From Octopus sinensis (lineage: Eukaryota), in NCBI RefSeq assembly GCF_006345805.1, contig NW_021833273.1, forward strand, positions 13,397-77,396: a stretch of 64,000 nt of DNA, in the 5' to 3' direction. Below the pieces are notes generated by a model. It was not told the DNA's origin, made no database searches, and worked only from the letters and a program-made list of their open reading frames with translations. The position numbers and the translations under genes were made by a program. Of this stretch, positions 12,357 through 24,720 are shown piece by piece. Each line of letters starts with the position of its first letter. The first letter of the stretch is position 1.

Positions 12357-12394
<38 letters not shown>

Positions 12395-12454
12395 GAAAAA
12401 TTACAGCTTATTTTGCTGGGTATGATGGAAAGTGTCAGCTGTCCACAGCCAGAA

Positions 12455-12640
12455 GCAAGCTGGCAGAGTCGTTAGCAAAATGCTTAGCAGCATTTCGTCC
12501 GTATGAGTTCAAATACCGCTGAGGCTGACTTTACCTTTCATCACCGGGGTTGATAAAATTAATTCCAGTTGAGAACTTCGGTCCATGTAATTGACTTACC
12601 ACCTTCGAACTTACAGGCCTTGTGCCAAAATTTGAAATCA
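12455..12640 (+). mobile_element. SINE family B
   Basis: GCAAGCTGGCAGAGTCGTTAGC...GAGTTCAAATACCGCTGAGG...CAGGCCTTGTGCCAAAATTTGAAA, followed by (ATC/ATT)n. Confidence 0.85.
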
Positions 12641-12646
12641 TCATCA

Positions 12647-12710
<64 letters not shown>

Positions 12711-12729
12711 TGGGGCAATCGATTGATAA

Positions 12730-12920
12730 AATCGTTGTATGTCGGAGAAAACGCATTTTCAGTGTATGGTCCGGATCTTTAGTTCTGTGTTCGAATTCGG
12801 TGGAGTCGCCTTAGCCTTTCATCTGTCTTCTGTCGATAAAATAAAGTACCAGTCACGCGCTGATGTCGATATAATCGATTAATGCCCTCCTTTTAAAACT
12901 ACTGACCTTGTTTGTGTCTT
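12730..12920 (+). mobile_element. SINE family B, diverged
   Basis: GTTCGAATTC B-box, GCCTTTCATC, GTCGATAAAATAAAGTACCAGT, GTCGATATAATCGA. Confidence 0.65.
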
Positions 12921-13054
12921 AATAAGAAACCATTATATCATCATCGTCATCATCACCACCACCACCACTAATATCGTCACCACCACCATCATCATCATCA
13001 CCACTACCTCTATCCTCCTCTTCATCATCATCAGATGTAAACAGATTCATTTTG

Positions 13055-13430
13055 TCACGAGACTTTATGACAAATCTCTTTTATTCCTCAAAGAATTTGT
13101 CAATAGTCGATGACAGTTCTAAGAAACCTCGTTATCCATTTTCTCAGTTCCAATGTTTTCCAGTCTCTAGAACTTCTATTTCTGTATATTGTTCTCACTG
13201 TTCTTAAAACGCCAAGAATAACATACACTTTTGCGTCTCAAACCAAACTTTCTCAGTTCTTTAGCCGTATTTTTCATTATTTCTTCTTTCTTCGAAAATT
13301 TTCCCCCCGCAATATAAAAAAAGTAATGATCTTATAGTTCAGGCTATATTCGATCTCTCTACCTCTGTCATTCAATCCTTTTGCACAGAGTAACATCAAA
13401 CATCTTACAATAGTCATTTCAATATCACCG
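13055..13430 (-). mobile_element. R4/Dong-like RLE LINE 3' fragment, heavily decayed
   Basis: Residual VILGVLRTV-like segment. Its 3' end has the same post-stop hairpin (GAGATTT-GTCATA-AAGTCTC) as the copies at 38025 and 55032. Confidence 0.5.
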
Positions 13431-13932
13431 TCTGTCTGATGTTGCCATTTTGATGAAAGGGGATCTCTGTCGCTCGACCAGGAGGGTTCAGGTGTTCCAT
13501 CAACTGAATTTGCTGCTCCTAAATTAACATGTAAATGGATGAGTATTCCAAGTCATGATCACTATGACACATTATGTGAGAATGTTGTACCCTTTTGAAT
13601 TACAGGTACATTCCACTGGATGGGCTTCAGTACTATTCCCATCTCCCTAATTTCACTCAAAAGGTATGGGACTAGTCGAGGCCGTAGAAAACAGCGTTTG
13701 CCCAAGATGTCCCTGTGCGTTAAATTCATTCACTCTCATAATGTCTTTGGGTGCTTGGCATAAAAGCAAAATACTATTTGTTATAATAGCATTGACTATA
13801 ATGGCTGCCCCTTGTGCAAATGTTAAAGAGAATCAACCAGTTTCACTCTCTAGGTCGTCTCCATTTAGTTATGTGAACCTTGTTTGTCACCCTTCCTAGT
13901 TCCGCCTCTGCTCTTCGTTTATTGTTCTATCG

Positions 13933-14043
13933 TTCCAAAAATAAACCGAAACATTTGGAATTTTCTAGAACACTTCTATAAAAACAGATCATTCCAAAAA
14001 TAAACCGAAACATTTGGAATTTTCTAGAACACTTCTATAAAAA
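13933..14043. repeat. Perfect 52-bp tandem duplication, period 59
   Basis: TTCCAAAAATAAACCGAAACATTTGGAATTTTCTAGAACACTTCTATAAAAA occurs at 13933 and 13992. Confidence 0.95.
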
Positions 14044-15059
14044 TATATTAAGACTACCATTTCTATCACTACAGCCAGACAAACATAAATATATAAAACA
14101 CAACGCAAAACAGTAATAGTTTCATAGAACTAAATATTAGCAGGTATACTTGGAACTACTCATAAAGGCCGAGGGATAGCAGCAAAAGATATAATGTACT
14201 CAAAGGAGTAGGGAAACATCCCTGCAGCACCCTTCTCGAAGAACTTCTGATAAGGACCACATCTGAAGCCCTTGGAATATTATAGAAAAATTTGCACATA
14301 ATGATTCTTCAAAGCAAAACTGTGTTACACTTGGGTTTTTCAGGGGCATTCAAGAGCTTGGGTTGTTAACATAAGGGTGTAGGATATCTAAATGCTTTTG
14401 GTCTTCTAAACGATCTTATATCTTTCTGTGAAGATTTCGTAACCATCCGCGTATTTCTTCTACCTTATAGTATTCATATCATTGGTCTGCATCGAATTGT
14501 CTCGAGTACCTAGATTTGTAGGTCAGTGCTTATGAACGTGAATAACGGCAGAAGCAAAACTTTAATGCCAGCAAAAGTTTGTACCCTAATTGGGGCCGGT
14601 CAACCAAACTCCGTCAGGCGTCTGAAAACATTCCTGGTATCTACTCATTAGTGTCAGTGAGTAACTGGAGTGAAGCAACTGAGTGAATCTACTCTGAGTA
14701 TACGGCGGTCAACCTGAGGTCATAACCAGGAGATTACATTGCCCTTAGTAATTAGGGATCAATGGGATCCTTTAATACTTAAATTAATTCAAATTTTCTT
14801 TCATCTGTAGCTCCTCGTTGTAAAATGATTCATCTGTTGCTCATGTGGCAATAAACTATCAATATCATTTTTACAAACGGCTTCGGATGTTGGAATCAGC
14901 TGATCACTTTACGGCGCTTAATAAACCCTTCTTACGTTTTGAATCCTAAAAGTCGAGTTCTACTTTTATTAAATAATGTCGGTAACCCTAAATAATTGTG
15001 AAGTATAGGGGTGGATTTATGTCACGATAATTAAAAATAGCCTTGTGGCTTCTTCTTTC

Positions 15060-15184
15060 TAATTCCACTGAGGTCAACTTTGCTTTTCACCCTTCCGAGG
15101 TCAAGAAAATAAATACCAGTTAAGTACTGAGATCCTTCTAATATCATCTTCTCGTTCTCCCTCCAATTTCTGACTTTGTGCCAA

Positions 15185-15185
<1 letters not shown>
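15060..15185 (+). mobile_element. SINE family B, 3' part
   Basis: AATTCCACTGAGGTCAACTTTGCTTTTCA...AAATACCAGTT...TTTGTGCC, followed by (CTA)n. Confidence 0.65.
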
Positions 15186-15231
<46 letters not shown>

Positions 15232-15263
15232 AAAACAACAACAACAACAACAACAGCAACAAC

Positions 15264-15301
<38 letters not shown>

Positions 15302-16074
15302 CTCGTAATGCTAATAAATAATTGATGCAAAGATTTTTCTCAACTAATTAATTCATAGTGTAAATAGTAAACAAATTAGCACAAACAATTCTCCATAATT
15401 ATCGCCAACTAACTTCTGGCTTCAGGGGAAGCAAGTAAAAGTTTATTAAAATTTTACTTTTTTTCCTATTAAAAATCGTTTATTAATGAGCCGTGAGTAA
15501 ATGGTAATGATTTGAAATTTAAAAAAAACGACTTTAATTTTAACAACGAATTTTGCCCTCCTCACCCACACTTCTACAAACTCCTACACATACATACACA
15601 CACACTCTCACTCTCTCACACACGAATTCAAATAAGAAATAACCAAAATAAATAAAATATATATAACATATTTCTTTGATATCGTAGTTCAATACGAAAG
15701 ATAAGCTGGCTGAGTGTATTTTGCTGTAGGTTTTATTGTTGTTGATGTTGCTGTATTTTCTAATTTTGTGTTTCAGTAATTAAGCAATTAATACATATTC
15801 TTAATTGATTAATAAATGGTTGTAATGACGACATAAATGTACTTTGACTCCGTACTTGAAGTATTGATTTCTTTTTATTATTTATCTTTTTTTTGCTTTA
15901 AATAATGACTGGAGATTGGGGAGGTGGAATTTAGGAGGTTAAAATAACCCTTGTTTCATTGTTTGGTGGATGTTCTTAATCCTACTAGAAATACGGCACC
16001 GTGAGCACTGTTTTACTTGATTAATTGGCACCTTAATGTCTAATGAAGAAAGAATAATAAAGAATAATAATAAT

Positions 16075-16138
16075 GAAGAAGAAGAAGAAGAAGAAGAAGA
16101 AGAAGAAGAAGAAGAAGAAGAAGAAGAAGAAGAAGAAG

Positions 16139-16177
<39 letters not shown>

Positions 16178-16185
16178 AATAACAA
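16075..16185. repeat. (GAA)n(CAA)n microsatellite
   Basis: Read directly. Confidence 0.95.
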
Positions 16186-16194
16186 TTATTATTT

Positions 16195-16408
16195 CTAATA
16201 TAGGTACAAGGCTTGATAATGGAATGGGGAAGGGGCTAGTACATTACATCGACCCAGTGCACGACTGGTACTTATTTCATCGAACCCGAAAGAATAAAAG
16301 GTAAAGTTGATATTTGATGGCTTTAAGCTCAGAGCGTATAAAGACCCGGAATAAATCCTGCTTAGAATTTTGTCTAAAGCGCTAAGGTTTCTGCCAGCTC
16401 GCCGTTCT
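16195..16408 (-). mobile_element. SINE family B
   Basis: The reverse complement begins AAGAACGGCGAGCTGGCAGAAACCTTAG and contains GATGAAATAAGTACCAGT, GGTCGATGTAATG and CTTGTACCTATATTAGAAA. Confidence 0.8.
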
Positions 16409-16452
<44 letters not shown>

Positions 16453-16478
16453 TAATATTAATAATAATAATAATAATA

Positions 16479-16510
<32 letters not shown>

Positions 16511-16557
16511 TAATAATAATAATAATAATAATGATGATGATAATAACAATAATAATA

Positions 16558-16990
16558 ATCTGGGATTTCCCAATCCAAACAGATCAGGTGCTAGAGCACA
16601 ACAGACCCGACCCAGTGGTGGTGGACAAGGTGCACAACATATGCTATATAGTTGATGTTGCATGACCCTTCGACCCACGAGTAGTCAAGAAGGAAGGCGA
16701 AAAAATAAGTAGATACAACCCTCTTAAGTATGAAATAACCCGGTTATGGAAAATGAAGAAAGTTGAAGATAGTGCCAATTATTATTGGATCCTTAGGAAC
16801 AGTATCAGAAGGCATCAAGAGGAATATACAGGAAATTGGAATAGAGTGCTCAGTAGAACTGTTAGTAAAAGTTTGCCTCGTTGACACGGCCAGAATAATC
16901 AGGAAAGTATCATGGTTCCGTAGGCTGAAGATAGTAAGCCCGCTACACATGCAAGTCTCCAGGAGCTCCAACAAAACCTGTGATAGAGAG
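16558..16990 (+). mobile_element. R4/Dong-like RLE LINE 3' end, embedded in (AAT)n
   Basis: IWDFPIQTDQVLEHNRPDPVVVDK..CYIVDVA*PFD (PD..D RLE motif), KYEITRLWKM, IVPIIIGSLGTV, TARIIRKV. (AAT)n lies at 16409-16557 and 16991-17066. Confidence 0.92.
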
Positions 16991-17067
<77 letters not shown>

Positions 17068-19037
17068 TAATTCGTTTATTGGCCACAAGGGCTAACAAAA
17101 ATCAATTATAATATGTAGGGACAAATACAGGACAAAAGTTACAAAGGGTTTTGTCCGTTTCCAAAAAGTCCGTGTACAAAAGCAGGATAACAACGAAAAT
17201 ATAACAAGTAAAAACTCCCAATATGGGGAGGCGCTTCGAAAGGTTACTCGTGGAAAAACCCATAAAAGCCACGGGAGCCTGGTCAAAAGGGGTGGGGTAG
17301 AGAGCCCCTTTCTCCTTGTATATTACCTTTTCATATCATAGGTATATCTTCAGAATTGGTCCGTTCATACTGGCCATTCTTGCGTCATTCACCCAACTTT
17401 CAATAAACTTGCTACCAGACAGCACTTCCCTCTCTACTCTCATCTTCCCTTTCAAGTGAAACTTGAAAAAGTTGATGAGGCCTTGGCCAAAGAAGAAAGT
17501 GTCTGACCTTAGTCCTTTCAAACGGGTCCACCATACCACATCTTTCGCTACAGCCATTAGGCAAAGGAAAGCTACCTTTCCCTCCCGGTTAAAGGAGGTC
17601 GGCGGGGCAATCTTCACTATGGATTCAACTGATAGCCAGATCCGTCCTATACGCGACAGTAGCTGTTCGACATAAACCCATAGTTCAGCAATACTCGGGC
17701 ACTGGACGAGTGCGTGCAAAACGGTTTTGTCGTCCTGGGTGCACCTCGGGCAGGCCCGGCTGACGGCACTTCCGTGCCGGTAGAGTTTATCCCGAACAGG
17801 CAAAGTCCCTCGGTAGCATTGCTAGGCGAGGGACCTTTGGAAATTATCCATTGGCCCCGGCCCGAAAGTTCTTCCGAACAGACTGCTTAGCTCGTTATCG
17901 TCAACGCCTAGAGTTTCACTGAGAACGTCGTCGCACTTTTCATAGAACGCTAGAGTGGAACTACTACCGATCGCATTGCCCGCTTGGTGGAGGGCGGAGA
18001 GAGCTTGACGGCCCTTTCTCGGTCTGCATTTGATCCAGGATTGCAGCTCTGTCAAAGAGACGAGCTGTGGAAAGTCGCGTCTGACAAAAGACGACCACAC
18101 CTGTTCACCGTCTAGGAAACGCTTGAGATGCCGTGGCCTGAGCGCATGTCTGCGAATCAGTAACCACGGCATGTCAAGGCCTCCGTTCAGCAGCCGTTGA
18201 CAGCAGATGGAGCGCCTGACCAGTGGTACCTGACCCTTCCACAAAAAGTCGAAGAGCAAGCGCACCAGCTTGGCCAACCAGAGATTGGAACAAGGGACGA
18301 CGGTCAATCGGTAATAGATGACGGATGCGATGTACGCATTCGCCACCTCCGTTCGACCTTTCAGGGACAGCTTCCTCTCGGCCCATTTCTGGGTGAGATT
18401 GGCCACTCTGTTCGTCACCTCTTCCCAACATTTATCCACCTGGAGGTCTGGACCGAACCAGACCCCGAGCAGTTTAACGGGTCCGTCTGTCCAGCGCCCT
18501 ACGACACTGTTGGACGGCATGGACTTGCCTCTCCATGTGCCCAGTTGCAACCCCACGGACTTTTCCGCGCTAATCTTTGCACCTGTCACCGCTTCGTACT
18601 CATTTAGTGTCTAGCCAATCTGGTCAATGTGCCTGTGGCTCGACACCATCACGGTGATGTCGTCGGCATAGGCAGACACGTTGTTTCCACCTCCTAGATC
18701 GCGCGGGATACCCCTCAAAACCTCCAACTTGCGCAGTAATGGCTCGAGAGTCAATACGTACAAGAGGGAGGAGAGAGGGCATCCTTGGCGAACCGAACGC
18801 GAGATGTCAAACGGCTCCGAAAGGTGACCGTTCACCCGTATCACCGAGCAGATGTTGCAGTACAAAGCAGCGATCCACCCGCGGAAGACTGGACCGAAAC
18901 CGGCTGCCTTGAGAACAGCTGCCAGGTATCGATGGTCAACCCTATCGAAGGCTTTACTCTGATCTAAATTGATCAAAGCCCCACCCGCGCCAGTGTCGTT
19001 ATCCACCCTTTATGATGTAGCGCATGAGATGGAGATT
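17068..19037 (-). mobile_element. L1/Tx1-like LINE, 5'-truncated; ORF2 with two in-frame stops, intact 3' UTR
   Basis: LDQSKAFDRVDH, VRQGCPLS, YADD, KLLGVWFG, NGGLDMP, CPRC...HALVQC. Stops fall at 18611-18613 and 17822-17824. T-rich 3' UTR with AATAAA (17075-17080, -) and (ATT)n tail. Confidence 0.93.
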
Positions 19038-19230
19038 ATAATAGTAATAATAATTTCTTTTATTATTTCTACATTAGTAATAATATTAGTACATTTTATT
19101 AAACATCGGGGAAGAGATGAGAGGGGACATCAGAAGGACAGATAAAAGTTTGTGTGGGGATTTACGTAACGGATGGAGAAGAAAAGAATGGAAAAGACGG
19201 TGAAATACGATAAAAGTATACGTAGTATAC

Positions 19231-19600
19231 TTATGTGCCCCTCAAAAGTTCTAGCTTCTGCAGCAAAGATTCGAATGTCAGAACGTATAAAGATGAGAAA
19301 AGACACTCCTGACCGACGGCACACGAAATAGAAAACTGTTCTGAGAGGTTACCGTTTACTTATACCACCGAGTAAGCGTCAGTGTGCATTGCTGCAATCC
19401 AGCTTTTGGAAACGAGGTCGAAACCGTCTGCTTTTAGGACAGCTGCCAACTAGCGATGGCCGAGACTATCGAAAACTTTTAACTAATCCTAATTGGTCAG
19501 AGCCCCACCGATTTCAGATTTTCTACGCACTCCGTCTATGATGCAACGCAAGTGGAGGAGGTTGCCGCAGGCAGATCTATTGAGGATCGCACACATTGGA
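19231..19600 (-). pseudogene. Second Tx1-like RT fragment, decayed
   Basis: QMCAILNRSACGNLLH...GGALTN*D*LKVFDSLGHR*LAAVLKADGF...WIAAM...VNGNLSEQFSIS...LYVLTFESLLQKLELLRG. Confidence 0.8.
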
Positions 19601-20078
19601 GCTTCTCCGACCAAACCACGCCCTCACTCTGCTCTTCATGTCGCTATTCGACAGCATGGCCCTTCCTCTCCAGCTGCTCAGTTACAGGCCATTGACTTCT
19701 CCTGGCTAATTTTTGCTCCTGTTATAGTCTTGTAGTTCCTCAGAGTAGCTCGATCACCTCGATGTGTTTTGTGTTCGATACTATTGTAGTGGTGTCGTCC
19801 GCATATGCAAACAGATTTTTGCACATTCTAGTTCACGCGGGGTGCTCCTCGAAACCTCTGTGGTAGTGGCTCTGGAGTCAGTACGTACAGAAGTGGTGAG
19901 AGGTGACATCCTTGACGGACTGGACGTATGACACTAAACGGTTCCGACAAGTGGTCATTTACTGTGACTACCGAGCAAATGTCACTGTACATGGCAGCAA
20001 TCTAGCTTCTAAAGAAGTCCCGAAACAAACAGCCTTGAGGAAAGCTGTCAAGTATTGATGGTCAACCCTATCAAACGC
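19601..20078 (-). pseudogene. Third Tx1-like RT fragment, decayed
   Basis: AFDRVDHQYL...IAAMYSDICSVVTVNDHLSEPFS..VRQGCHLSPLLYVLTPEP...AYADDTT...TGAKISQEKS...WFG. Confidence 0.85.
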
Positions 20079-20109
20079 AAAAGCTTAGGTAGAAGAACTA
20101 TACAGTTGC

Positions 20110-20680
20110 TCGCAATCCACAACGCACACCATCCTAAAAGTAGACTCTACTCATCAACAAAAGAAGGATGCAGAGGATTACTATATGCAGAAGACACCCT
20201 TACTGGGGTTGAAAACTTATGTCGTGCTGGGTAAAGAAAGAATATTATCGGCAGCTAGAGATACCCCAAAATTTGCTTCTCCATCTGCTTATTCTATTGA
20301 ATTCAATAGAATAAGCAGATGGAAAAGAATGGAATTGCATAGCCAATTTATGCAACAAACCGAGGATCTTGGAAGAACCCTGAATGTGGCTGACAGGTGA
20401 AATCATAAAGAGGCTGAATCGCTGATTTGATCAGGAATAAGTTATTAGACGGATTTGTTAAAGTCAAGGAGTGACAATATTTAATGACAGAGCAAATACA
20501 AAAGGTCTGGAAAAGAGGACGAAAGTATTAACCATTCTCTGAATTTAGTAGGCTATAAGTGCCAGTATGACTGTGTGAGTAAAGGAGTTGCATTGTGATG
20601 TTTGTGGATTCGAAGTGAGAGAAAAGATAGTATGAATACGAGTCAGGCTGTAATGGCGAATTATAATTAGCGTTAAAATG
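20110..20680 (+). mobile_element. R4/Dong-like LINE internal fragment, decayed
   Basis: HPKSRLYSSTKEGCRGL (consensus HPKS..RLY.PRK.GGRGL), WKRMELHSQFMQQ (W..K.LHGQF), and remnants of EAESLI..QE.VIR. Confidence 0.65.
20280..20323. repeat. Perfect 44-bp palindrome without spacer
   Basis: TCCATCTGCTTATTCTATTGAA|TTCAATAGAATAAGCAGATGGA. Confidence 0.97.
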
Positions 20681-21039
20681 TAACATTGTACACTTCATCG
20701 GAACAGAACTCTATAAAGAGGGTCTGAAACAGAGTTAACAGGAAGACATTGCAGATACTAAAAGTTAAGGAGGGAAGTTTTAAAATGATTATTAAACTGT
20801 TGCATAATTTCACTGATAGTGATACCATTACTAACAATATCATTATTACATTTCCTTGTACTTATTGTCATGTTTATTCATGAATATGTTTATTAAGATG
20901 CAACTACTGTCGACATTGTTTAAATTATCTTTATTTTTTAATATTTCCAAATTCTTTGGGAGAGGGAGTGTCCTTTCTTTCACCCTTCTCCATATGAAGA
21001 CTTTCTACTACCATTACTGATGATTCCTGCTCAGCCTGC

Positions 21040-21270
21040 TCCTCTTGATCCAGGTCCTGCTCCTGTTCCTCTTCTCCTACTCCTCCTCCTCCTGCTGCTG
21101 TTCCTCCTGCTGTTCCTCCTCCTGCTCCTCCTGCTCCTCCTGCTCCCCTGCTTCCTCTACTCCTCCTCCTCCTCCTGCTCCTGCTCCTGCTCCTGCTCCT
21201 CCTCCTGCTCCTGCTCCTCCTGCTCCTCCTCCTCCTCCTCCTGCTCCTCCTGCTCCTCCTCCTCCTCCTC

Positions 21271-21346
<76 letters not shown>

Positions 21347-21350
21347 TACT
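21040..21350. repeat. (CCT/GCT)n mosaic followed by (CTA)n
   Basis: Read directly; it is the source of the spurious poly-P/A/T/S ORFs. Confidence 0.9.
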
Positions 21351-22849
21351 GTAGATGTCATCATGTTTACAAAGAATATTTTTTGAAAATGTCTCTAAGC
21401 AGCAGAAATAGACCAAGGTTGAACTACAAATAATTCTTACGTCACAAAAAAGGGAAGTCAATTACATTTTAAAATGCCTCCAACTTACTTCAAACAATTT
21501 GCACAAAAAGCAATAATTAAAAAAAACATGTGAGGGAAAGTAATTCAACGTTTGTGGCTATAAAACCTGGCTGATCATATAAAGAAGGGGAGCCTCACAT
21601 AGAGAGAAAGATTGGGTTGAATGTATATAGAGTTAGGTGGATAGCAGAAATATTCAAAAAAGCTCCACTCCTCAATGTGATCATCTATTAAAATATTGAT
21701 CAATTCCTGAACGTTGCAAACGAAGAAAGTCGTTCTATTCTGTTACCAAATCTACTTAGTAACAGATTAAATAAGAAAGAAACTTATAAAATTTGCCGAC
21801 GAAAATGAAAAAACCAAAAAAAAAACCAAAAAAAAAACCAGATAAAACATTGTTGCAAACAGGCGAACAAACATTAAACGAGAAATAATTAGAAAGAACA
21901 GACAGACGGAAGTAGAATGGCTGACGTTAAAGACGACACTCGAGGACAGAAAAAAAACCCTCAAATGCACAGAGAATAGTAAACAAGCTAACAGCTGATA
22001 CACGAAAGATCATATCAGCCGATACTTACCCACCAGAAAACTTTACAATCAAATGCTGAAGGTAAAATACAGGAAAAAAAAAGCGAAACAAAACGAGACA
22101 AAGAATAACTGCAGACATAGTGTTGTCTCAAGTAAAATCAACATCAGATTTGTTGCGAAAATAGCAATAAAATATAATCTACATAAACTAGCTTTTCAGA
22201 TTACACCTAAATGAAAATATAGGGATCACAGCTAACCCAGATATATGAAAGTACACTGGCACGAAAATCAGAAGCCACAAACATATTATTAACAAATGAA
22301 GCTCTTAAACCACTGATAAAAGGTACAAATAATGGTCTAGAATGTGGAACACAAATCATAGCTGCTGTCTTTCAAGGTCTCATTCAAGAATTTATAAATG
22401 TTTAGAAAATAGAGAAACAAAAATTCTATATTGAAAATTAGAATAAAGGAATCGCCATGATGCACAACAAATGCTCACTTGTATAAACATGTGATTAAGA
22501 GATACGACATAATGCCTGTCCTCAAATAAAAATAGCCCCGAAATAAAGAACTCTACAAGAAACAGTTATAAACATTAGTGCAGAATCTGTAGAGGTTTGA
22601 GAAACAAGAGAAATCGTGTACATGAAATAAATTACAGAAATGTATTTATAGTGAATGAAAAAGAACATTATTGATTTAAATCAAAAGAAATAATTACGCC
22701 CCCGCCCAAACTTGCATAAAACTATAGGTGAAAAAGGAAATTAGAGGTTGAAGTAGGAAAAGAGGAAAAACTTTAACCAGCAGTTGGATTCATCACTGAC
22801 AGAAAAAAATATTGAAGGGAAGTTCTCAATAATCTCTGACACTAAGAAA

Positions 22850-23065
22850 TTTAATTTCTGAAGTCAGTAAACATATAACTTCGTTAACTTCTGATGAAAC
22901 TACAATTCATTAAGGCTTCTCAACATTAAAATGAAGCACTTCACAATAATGGCTTCTCGTATAAAATTCGATATATTACTGGTTTTCATGTTCCAAAGCT
23001 TAAAAATGCACCGAGAAATATATTGCGGTATAATCCAGATATTCAGTTTAAATGTAGGAATAACT
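22850..23065 (+). pseudogene. Penelope-like RT C-terminus/linker fragment, decayed, cut by a SINE
   Basis: VSKHITSLTSDE...EALHNNGF...RNILRYNP..SLNVG parallels VGRRISSISSDE...SALKNSGF...RKVLWFNPAFNLAVKTNIG of the PLE at 62283-63158. Confidence 0.55.
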
Positions 23066-23415
23066 TTTATTCTTTTATTCTTTTATTTGGTTCAGTCATT
23101 TGACTGCGGCCATTCTGGAGCACCGCCTTTAGTCGAGCAAATCGACCCAGGACTTATTCTTTGTAAGCCTAGTACTTATTCTATCGGTCTCTTTTGCCGA
23201 AACGCTAAGTTACGGGGACGTAAACACACCAGCATGGGTTGTCAAGCGATGTGGGGACAAATACACTTACAGACACACATATACGACGGGCTTCTTTCAG
23301 TTTCCATCTACCAAATCCACTCACAAGGCTTTGGTCGGCCCAAGGCTTTAGTAGAAGACACTTACCCAAGGTCTCACGCAATGGGACTGAACCCAGAACT
23401 ATGTGAACTGCGCCT
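23066..23415 (-). mobile_element. SINE family A, near full length
   Basis: Head AGGCGCAG...GGGTTCAGTCCC, conserved body, tail CCAG(A)ATGGCCGCAGTCAAATGACTGAA, then (AATAAAAG)n. Confidence 0.92.
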
Positions 23416-23944
23416 ATGAAAAATTAATTCCTCCATTTAATTTTTTTTTACTTTCCGATACATTACTGATGTGATAAAATCTTTAACAGAAACTGAATTT
23501 AAATTAGTTATTCTAGTAAATAAAAAAAAGACTGAATGAATAAGTTCTTGAAGACGCATCTTGTAATTATTTATCACCTCAAATATAACCACACATAGAA
23601 GAAACATGCCCCATGACGAATTACCGCAACACACAAACATACGAACAGCACATATACCCAGAATATAATATAATGCAAACAATCTTACCTTCCAACATGA
23701 CTGCTTTCTGAAAAGTCAAATCCCAGGGCGATACCCATACAATATTAATTAAACGATACTGGAAATTCCACATGCATATATGTACTAGTATTTATCGTTG
23801 GTACTTCTTTGATTTTAGTACCTTACACGTTTGAAATTCCAGTTGTGGCTATAGATGTTTTCATCTTTTCGATATAGAAAAATTTTAACAATGCAAAGAA
23901 AATGGAGGATACAGCCACAAAATAATCAAAATATTTATTATAAT

Positions 23945-24058
23945 AGTCAATTCATGTTACCTACGCACGTTTCGGTTTGTTACTTAGATCCATATTTATG
24001 CAATTAAATTGCATTAGGATTTTGAAAAAGCGAAAACCTTCATCAGGGCAAAAATTGA
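23945..24058 (-). ncRNA. Type I hammerhead ribozyme, intact core
   Basis: TTGCC-CTGATGA-A-GGTTT-(~55 nt)-AAACC-GAAAC-GTGC-GTA-GGTAA. Helix I is extended by AGTCAATT/AATTGACT. Predicted cleavage between 23962 and 23961. Confidence 0.8.
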
Positions 24059-24720
24059 CTGCTATCAAGGTAAAAGTTGACTGTTATTTATCTTTTTCAC
24101 ACATTCATCAGGATGTGTGAAATAAGAACTTATATGAAACTATTCTACAAAGCGGCCTCTAAACATTTTTCTGGAAAAAATAAATACCATAAAGTTATAA
24201 ACTCGCACGAATTAAGAGCTGGTTTTTGTTTTTCACGAAACATAGCACAAATTATAGCTACGCAAAATACTAAAAGATTAAATGATTACTATAATAATAA
24301 AGGTAGGCAGAAGATGAAGGAATTATTTAATGACCAAAATGAAGAATTTAATGATAGTATGAGATACACAAGAAACAAAGGAAGGGAAGTAACTCTTCGA
24401 GACTCCCCACTAGAATCCAAAAATATAAGCATATAATCTAAAAAGGGAAGAAATAATAAGCCTAATATAAGAAAAACAATAATAAAAGCACAAACACTAA
24501 TAATAAAAATATAAATGCTAGAATTTATAGTAGTATCAATGACGGTGAAAGAGAAACCGATATAAACATTAAGATAGATAAGGAAAGCAATGACAAAGTG
24601 GACAGATTAATAGTTTAGACTCCTAACATAGTAAATAAATATAGCGAGAGTAACTCGGAAGATATAGTATAGAAGTGCAGTATATTCGGTAAGGAAACAA
24701 GGAATGCCCTTAAAAATAAA

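Noticed and set aside
19466-20078. Apparent circular permutation of a Tx1 RT (an upstream motif placed after YADD), suggesting a circular intermediate
   Set aside because: Translating further showed the 19600-19466 segment continues through its own FD..H, WIAAM, VNG and LYVLT motifs to 19231. It is a separate third copy, not a permutation.
20931-21461. Ser/Arg/Gly- or Pro-rich ORFs resembling SR or extensin proteins
   Set aside because: They derive entirely from the (CCT/GCT)n and (CTA)n mosaic; no splice or domain support.
21500-22750. A-rich strand with faint LINE-like peptide remnants
   Set aside because: No diagnostic motif could be read with confidence, so it is left unannotated pending a profile search.
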